A DNA stretch of 64,000 nt from NCBI GenBank assembly GCA_963730935.1, contig CAVSTP010000004.1, positions 1,536,001 to 1,600,000 on the forward strand, read 5' to 3'. How positions within the stretch are numbered: the stretch's first letter is position 1; each line of letters begins with the position of its first letter. The notes below the pieces were generated by a model that was given only the letters and a program-made list of their open reading frames with translations, searched no databases and was not told where the DNA came from. Of this stretch, positions 58,224 through 64,000 are shown in pieces. Position numbers and translations under genes: made by a program. The stretch comes from an uncultured Nitrospiraceae bacterium (GTDB lineage Bacteria; Nitrospirota; Nitrospiria; Nitrospirales; Nitrospiraceae).

Positions 58224-61200
58224 TTACTTCGCTGCGACCGGAATCACCTGCGTCGCATTGTCGAACGAGGCGCTCTTCATGCCTGCGCTCGCGCCCGCGA
58301 GAGGCAGCAACCGCTGGTCGCCAGCCGGCAACACGCGGAGGTAGCCCCATTGCCCGGACTGCGAGTACGGCAACCGCTGGTTGCTGTACACATAGTCGCC
58401 GGGCAGGCGGTAGGGTCCGCCGGCCGACGGGACGAACGCGTCCAACACTTCGGAGCCGGAGAACTCGACCACGCTGATCTGGTCGGCGCCCCGCATGAAC
58501 GGCTCGATTGGCCACTCATGTTTCTCGACGCTGAACATGCCGTTCTGCTCGTTATTCGCCCCGATCACGTGAATGCGCACGGGATCGCCCGCATGCGATT
58601 CGATGATGGGCGTCGCAGGATCTTCTGGCTTGTCCGCTTTGCACGGCTGGAACACCTTGCCGAGCGAGCAGCCCTGCTCTTCACGATACTTGTACGGCTC
58701 CGACCGGTAGTTGACGCCGGTCAAACCCGCCACGTTCTGCACATAGGGCATGAAGCTCGTGCCGATGATGTTGTCCTCGTCCTGGAAGAACAAGGCCACA
58801 TCACGATAATTCGGCCTCGACTCATTGCCCGGGATCGCGCGGTCGATGATGACATCGGCCGCCCAGGCATTCTTGTTCGAGAGATCGGCACCGGTCTTCG
58901 GGTCACGATACTTCGAACCCTTCGGACCGACCACAACGGCGCCGAACAGGCCATTGCGTGGATTCGTCATCACGTTCCCCCAGTCCCAGACCAGCGAGGT
59001 CGTCTCGCCGTTGAACGGATCCGCATAGTAGGTGTAAGTCCGTTCTCCGCCGGAAGCGATCGTCTGATCGCCTGGATTGTTGCCGACGTTGGCGCCCATC
59101 GAATCCTTCGGATCGAACACCAATCCGATGGCCGAGAAGGAGGCCTTGCTCTCCTTCATCTTGTTCTTCAACTGTACTTTCACGCAATCGCCGACGTTCA
59201 CGCGGAGCGTGAGCGGCATCGGATGTGATCCGCTCGAAACCTTCGCCGCGTCTTCTTCCAATGCGTATATCTTGGCATCGGGATTGGTGATCTGAATCTT
59301 ACGCTCGAAGTCCACTTCAATGGCCTCAGGCGCCTTCGCGTTGAAGGTCATGGCGGGATAATCCATCGCCACGACGTTGAAGGTCTTCACCGGGGCGTCC
59401 GCCGGACAGACGGGCAACGCCTTGGGAATTTCACCCTTGACCGAAAACCCGGCCGGCAGCTTCTTCAGATCCGACTGTTCCTTGTCATACACCCGGATAA
59501 TGCCCCAAGCGCCCTCTGAGAATTTCGAGGAACGTCCGTTAAAGTGGATGTAGTCGCCGGCTTGATGCCTCGGACCGCCCGCTTCGGGCACCACCAGGTC
59601 ATACCGCTCGGCAATACCGATATGAATGGAGTTCTTGCGGTTCGCATCGGACGCATAGCGCTCCGTCCAGAACGTATGGCCGGACAAGGTCCAGGTCATC
59701 GTCTCGTTCATGAGCGTATGCAACAGCCGGAACACCATCGTGTCCCCCGTGTACGCACGCAGCAGCGGCGTATAGGGATCTCCGTGGATCTGGCTGTTGA
59801 ACGCCTGCGAGACATCCGGGTTCGTCGCCAACCGCTGTGCGATGGGGCCGGCCCGGAAGTTCAGGCCGCTGCCCGTCGTGTGCGTCCCGCCGTTCAGGAA
59901 CGGCATCGGCGTCATGTACAGTTTTTCAGGCATCATGAACGAGACGGTCTTACCCGCCTCGAGCGCCACTTCAACCGGCTGTCCTGGCGGATTGCCCGCC
60001 GTCACGATGTTGACGGTGTGCGGCACGGTGTCGTGCACCTGCACCATCAATTCGCGGAAGCTGTTGTTCACGCCGTGTCCCACCGGCTCGTTGGTATGGA
60101 TGTCCGCGATCGGACCGCTCCGGACGAGCTTGCCGGTTTTCGGATCATGATAGGTCGACCCGACCGGCTCGGCGATGAACGTCCCGAATCCGCCGTGCGG
60201 CCACGTCGTGGCGCCGAACGCATGGTCATGCCAGAAGACCGTGCCGACATCCGCATCGACCCAGAACCGCTGCCGGACGAATTCCACCGTCACGATGTCG
60301 TTCGCCGGATGATCGCTCTTCAATCCCTTCGTCAACGTGATCGTATTGCCGTTGATCGCCTTGATGCGGGAGATCTCGTTGCCCTTCACATTGTCGGCCC
60401 CGACGAGGATCAATGTACCGACATGGTACTGCTTCGCATTCTTTACCGAGAGACTGTTCGAGCCCTTCTTCGCGGCCGCCGTCAACACCGTGTTCATCGG
60501 CATCGGCAGGCCCTTCTTGTTCTTCTTCTCCAGCATCGTGAACGGCCGCACCGACTGTTCGTATGAAAAGCCGGTGATCACGCCGTCCGATGACTGGTTG
60601 TCGAACTGCAGGAAATGCCAGTGGGTGTTGATCTTCGATGACTGGAAGTTCGTGTAGTCATCGTCATCCCATTCGCTGGTCAGCATCCAATCTACGCAAT
60701 CATAGATATTGCCTCGGACGACCAACGGATACTTGAGATCGTCGTTGGCCCGGATGGCCGCTTCTTCTTCATGCAGCACGTAAATCAAGCCGTTTGGATC
60801 GACCACGGGCGGCTCCTTGCCCTGCGCCTTGGCGATCTTGATCGGCAGCTTGATGAAGTGCACGTTGTAGTTCTTGCGCCCGGCGTTGACGGGACAGAGA
60901 CTCCAGTTGCCCTGCTCACCCGGCAGCGCCTGATCGACGCTCTCCTCGCCATTCGCATCACGCCGGATCATCTCCAACCAGGGGGCACCGACGTGGTTCG
61001 GAGAGAACATGACCCGCTTGCCGAAATGCGGCGTCAGATGCGGCCACCCTACTTTCCCGGTTAGCGGATCGAACATGATCGGATGCCGCTTGCCCGGATG
61101 GCTGGACTTATACTTGGGATTGTCGATCGTGCTTTCTTTCTCGCTCATCGCCACATTGCCGTTCCAAGTCCAGTCCAGCACGGTGGCGTCGTAGGATATG

Positions 61201-63065
61201 ATCTGGCCCTTCTCATCGTCCTTATGACCGGGCTTGCCCGGCGTAGGCAGCTGCATTTCCACCCAATCCTTGATCGTGATCGTCGCCGGGCTACCCTTCC
61301 AGTTGCTCTTGCCCTTGTCGACGATCTTGAACGGCGTGCCGAACCAATCGACCGTTTGCCCGATCAGCTTGTCGGATGAGATCGGCGCCTTGATGCGGCC
61401 CTTGCGATCCGGCAGCTCGCGCAAATCCGGCATCACGTCGTTCCGCAAATCGCCCTGCTGGATCGTGTTGTAGACCCGCCAATACCCCCACATGCCCGCC
61501 ACATAATGGTGGGCGACGTGGCAGTGGAACAGGAAGTCGCCGGCCAGCTGCTGGCAGAGACCGGAACCGCACTCGGTTTCGAGATCAAGGGCTTCCGACG
61601 GTCCGATGACTTCGACGTCAACGCGGTCGGTCTTGGCGCGAATCACCGGGTATTTCACCGGCCCGTTTGTAGCCGTGGCCCAGAGGTTCATGTCATCGAT
61701 CGCCCGCGGGCTCCGGGGCCATCGAATCGTACCCCCGTGCGGATGATGGCTATGGAACACTTCCGATCCGCCGTGGACCAGCCGGAACTTGGCCGGATCG
61801 CCCATGTACGAGCGCGGAATCGTCGGGGACGCGTCGCCAAAGGTATAGGAACTATAGCCCATCGACTCGTCCTCGAAGCCGAAGTACTCGTGCTGCACAT
61901 GCATGTTGTTGATGCCGAACGGCTCGCTGCGATAGTTGATCGCGCGGCCACCCGGACGATAGGCGTCGGTGAGCGGGTCGCGCTGGGGCAGGAAGTCGCC
62001 CTTCTTGTTCAGCGGACGAAACGCTTCATCGCCGACCTCATGATAGATCAGCACGAATTCGCGGAAGTCGGGACCGGTGCCGTTCTTGATGATGGTCTGC
62101 CACCCGCTCGTGGCCGGCGTGGGATCGCCCGAGCCCAACGGCTCCAGATAGCTCGAGCCGCGCGGCTCGACGACGAACGCCCCAAAGAGCCCCATGACCG
62201 TCAACTCGCGGTCGTTGCTGAAGGTATGGAATTGACGAACGCCCTCTTGCGTGCTCGGATGGATGTACCATTCATAGTCGCCACTCTTGTCCTTGGCGAC
62301 GATCGTATCGGGGTTGGTCGTCGTTGCCGCGGCGCCGGTCGCGCTGACAACCATGGCGGAGCCATGGATATGAAGGCTGACGTCCTCCCCGCCTTCTAAC
62401 TTGTTGCTGAGCTTGATCTTGACGCAATCGCCCTGGTTACCGCGGATGACCAGCGGCTGAATCCACTGGGCTTGCACGCCGGGGATTACCGCACCGGGGT
62501 CATGGCCTTCCTTGTCGCGAGATTCCTTGTTTGTGTTTTCTTCCGTGCGGATCTTATCGAGATTCTCATCGAGCACGTACATGTAGCCGGGATAAAAATC
62601 GAGCCACTGATTGAGCGTGATCTCGACATTGATCGCGGACACGTTGTACTGGCGGACCGGCGCCGTGGCCGGACATTTGCCGCCACCCGTCATGGCCACT
62701 GGCTCGACGCGTGGATCGGAGACAAGCAGCATGTCCTGGCCGCCTGCGCCATACTGGTGCATCATCGCGGAGGTGTTGTACATGCCGGTGTTGACGCCCT
62801 GCACCTGCGGATCATGGGACATGTGCTCCATGATGCGCTGATGTTGCTGCTCGACCATCGCGGCACGCTCGCCCTTGCCGGACATTGTGTCTTCGACGAT
62901 CGTCTGCCCTTTGAGTTGCTCCGCCCAGGCGGGAAGCTGATGAGTCATCGCCCCATGGGACGATGCGTTTTCGGCAGATGCGAGCGGAGCCCAGAGCAGG
63001 GCCGCGGCCGCCATCACGCCAAGGGTGTAGGTGGGTCGAAAAACCCCTGTCAGATGAGAAAGCAT
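58224..63065 (-). CDS. Large exported multicopper oxidase (MnxG-like, ~1610 aa)
   Basis: Signal peptide; HIHG, HSHHPH, HCHVAHHYVAGM, HWH and WHDH copper motifs; AAGGAGG precedes the ATG at 63065. Confidence 0.88.
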   Translation of the reverse strand: MLSHLTGVFRPTYTLGVMAAAALLWAPLASAENASSHGAMTHQLPAWAEQLKGQTIVEDTMSGKGERAAMVEQQHQRIMEHMSHDPQVQGVNTGMYNTSAMMHQYGAGGQDMLLVSDPRVEPVAMTGGGKCPATAPVRQYNVSAINVEITLNQWLDFYPGYMYVLDENLDKIRTEENTNKESRDKEGHDPGAVIPGVQAQWIQPLVIRGNQGDCVKIKLSNKLEGGEDVSLHIHGSAMVVSATGAAATTTNPDTIVAKDKSGDYEWYIHPSTQEGVRQFHTFSNDRELTVMGLFGAFVVEPRGSSYLEPLGSGDPTPATSGWQTIIKNGTGPDFREFVLIYHEVGDEAFRPLNKKGDFLPQRDPLTDAYRPGGRAINYRSEPFGINNMHVQHEYFGFEDESMGYSSYTFGDASPTIPRSYMGDPAKFRLVHGGSEVFHSHHPHGGTIRWPRSPRAIDDMNLWATATNGPVKYPVIRAKTDRVDVEVIGPSEALDLETECGSGLCQQLAGDFLFHCHVAHHYVAGMWGYWRVYNTIQQGDLRNDVMPDLRELPDRKGRIKAPISSDKLIGQTVDWFGTPFKIVDKGKSNWKGSPATITIKDWVEMQLPTPGKPGHKDDEKGQIISYDATVLDWTWNGNVAMSEKESTIDNPKYKSSHPGKRHPIMFDPLTGKVGWPHLTPHFGKRVMFSPNHVGAPWLEMIRRDANGEESVDQALPGEQGNWSLCPVNAGRKNYNVHFIKLPIKIAKAQGKEPPVVDPNGLIYVLHEEEAAIRANDDLKYPLVVRGNIYDCVDWMLTSEWDDDDYTNFQSSKINTHWHFLQFDNQSSDGVITGFSYEQSVRPFTMLEKKNKKGLPMPMNTVLTAAAKKGSNSLSVKNAKQYHVGTLILVGADNVKGNEISRIKAINGNTITLTKGLKSDHPANDIVTVEFVRQRFWVDADVGTVFWHDHAFGATTWPHGGFGTFIAEPVGSTYHDPKTGKLVRSGPIADIHTNEPVGHGVNNSFRELMVQVHDTVPHTVNIVTAGNPPGQPVEVALEAGKTVSFMMPEKLYMTPMPFLNGGTHTTGSGLNFRAGPIAQRLATNPDVSQAFNSQIHGDPYTPLLRAYTGDTMVFRLLHTLMNETMTWTLSGHTFWTERYASDANRKNSIHIGIAERYDLVVPEAGGPRHQAGDYIHFNGRSSKFSEGAWGIIRVYDKEQSDLKKLPAGFSVKGEIPKALPVCPADAPVKTFNVVAMDYPAMTFNAKAPEAIEVDFERKIQITNPDAKIYALEEDAAKVSSGSHPMPLTLRVNVGDCVKVQLKNKMKESKASFSAIGLVFDPKDSMGANVGNNPGDQTIASGGERTYTYYADPFNGETTSLVWDWGNVMTNPRNGLFGAVVVGPKGSKYRDPKTGADLSNKNAWAADVIIDRAIPGNESRPNYRDVALFFQDEDNIIGTSFMPYVQNVAGLTGVNYRSEPYKYREEQGCSLGKVFQPCKADKPEDPATPIIESHAGDPVRIHVIGANNEQNGMFSVEKHEWPIEPFMRGADQISVVEFSGSEVLDAFVPSAGGPYRLPGDYVYSNQRLPYSQSGQWGYLRVLPAGDQRLLPLAGASAGMKSASFDNATQVIPVAAK

Positions 63066-63205
63066 GGACTGGCCTCCTTGCTTGTAAATTATGAGTGGAC
63101 GACTAACAGAGTGCGAACAAATATATATAGGGCCGATAAGAAAAGACTGCGTCTCGGACGAAACCTCCCCGCGCAAAGCCTCCTCTGGGCCGCGAGGGAA
63201 TCGGA

Positions 63206-63234
63206 AAGATACGCAAGTTTTCCAAGGCTGTCAA
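63206..63234 (-). promoter_or_regulatory. Putative sigma70 promoter for the multicopper oxidase
   Basis: TTGACA-N17-TATCTT on the minus strand. Confidence 0.65.
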
Positions 63235-63365
63235 TCCCCTTGATCCCACTGGTATTATTGACAGTGCGACCCTGGTTTCAGCGGTCGTGTAGCTGAGTCT
63301 TTTGCCTCAGGTCGCAGGGCTTCTTCTCCTCTCGTTCCCCCCCTGTTTGTGAGATAATCTTTCTC

Positions 63366-64000
63366 ATGATCCTCAAACGTTGGCTGGTCGGCGACCCCAT
63401 CAAGACCGCCCAAGCCGCACACGAACGGCTCTCCAAACGGCTCGCCCTAGCCATCTTTTCATCCAATTCGATCTCCTCGGTCGCATATGCCACAGAGGAG
63501 ATTCTCTTGGTATTGATTCTTGCGGGGACTGCGGCGCTGGCATGGTCCATTCCTGTCAGTCTGGCCATCCTGTTTCTGGTCATCGTATTGACCATTTCGT
63601 ACCGCCAAATAATTTATGAGTATCCGGAGGGCGGCGGCGCCTACATCGTGGCGCGCTCCAATCTGGGCGAGATGCCCGCGTTGATCGCGGCCGCGGCGCT
63701 CATGATCGACTATGTGCTCACCGTCGCCGTGAGCGTCGCGGCCGGAGTCGCCGCAATCACCTCGGCGGTCCCCGAGTGGTTCGGCCATCGGACAGCGTTG
63801 GGCTTGCTGTTCACCCTCTTCATCGTGGTCGTGAATCTCCGTGGGGTGCGGGAATCGGGCAAGTTTTTCGCGGTGCCCACGTATTTGGCCATCGGAGGCT
63901 TGGGCCTCATGGTCGTGGCGGGCACCTATCGATCCCTCTCGAACGCCAGCATCCTGCTTCCTCCGGTCACTCCAACCGGGCTGAATAGTGGAACCGAAGC
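63366..64000 (+). CDS. APC-superfamily permease (YdaO/KimA-like), partial
   Basis: Not in the ORF track. Manual translation: MILKRWLVGDPIKTAQAAHERLSKRLALAIFSSNSISSVAYATEEIL...SYRQII.EYPEGGGAY.V...LG...AL.IDYVLTVAVS; open to the window end. Confidence 0.85.
   Translation, partial: MILKRWLVGDPIKTAQAAHERLSKRLALAIFSSNSISSVAYATEEILLVLILAGTAALAWSIPVSLAILFLVIVLTISYRQIIYEYPEGGGAYIVARSNLGEMPALIAAAALMIDYVLTVAVSVAAGVAAITSAVPEWFGHRTALGLLFTLFIVVVNLRGVRESGKFFAVPTYLAIGGLGLMVVAGTYRSLSNASILLPPVTPTGLNSGTE

Noticed and set aside
1..64000. CRISPR arrays, tRNA/rRNA genes, transposases, prophage or defence genes
   Set aside because: No regularly spaced direct repeats, cloverleaf or rRNA signatures, or such protein motifs were recognised by eye.

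Overview
This is a GC-rich bacterial window, almost entirely minus-strand coded. Gene content points to a Nitrospira-like nitrite oxidiser (inferred, not searched). It is dominated by a periplasmic/respiratory super-cluster. From right to left: (1) a ~1600-aa MnxG-like multicopper oxidase, three paralogous exported proteins with a C-x2-H-x2-M cupredoxin-like motif, and HEAT-repeat, methyltransferase, DUF420 and PCP-reductase-domain genes; (2) a frameshifted CydA-like (bd-like) gene with DUF3047 and two FGE-sulfatase-domain genes; (3) a perfect sigma70 promoter driving two unannotated ~40-aa membrane microproteins, an intact CydA-like gene, and three c-type cytochromes, the last fused to a DMSO-reductase-type heme-b (NxrC-like) domain; (4) mobA, a GT9 gene and argS-tgt-yajC-secD-secF; (5) a PAS histidine kinase with a sigma54 regulator carrying a 4-Cys insert; (6) an HExxH/Zn-ribbon protein, a NapG/NapF-like ferredoxin, a TorD-type chaperone, an nxrC candidate, a B12-radical SAM enzyme, TPR, tatA and NHL genes, a third NxrC-like gene, a PDZ-like gene and two pentaheme cytochromes. 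No nxrA/nxrB, cydB, rRNA, tRNA, CRISPR array or transposase was seen. Non-coding signals: two long rod-like hairpins at 24.8-25.3 kb and a family of dispersed elements bounded by terminal inverted repeats. Many single-base frameshifts, concentrated at 45-52 kb, look like sequencing or assembly indels. All family calls come from motif recognition by eye.
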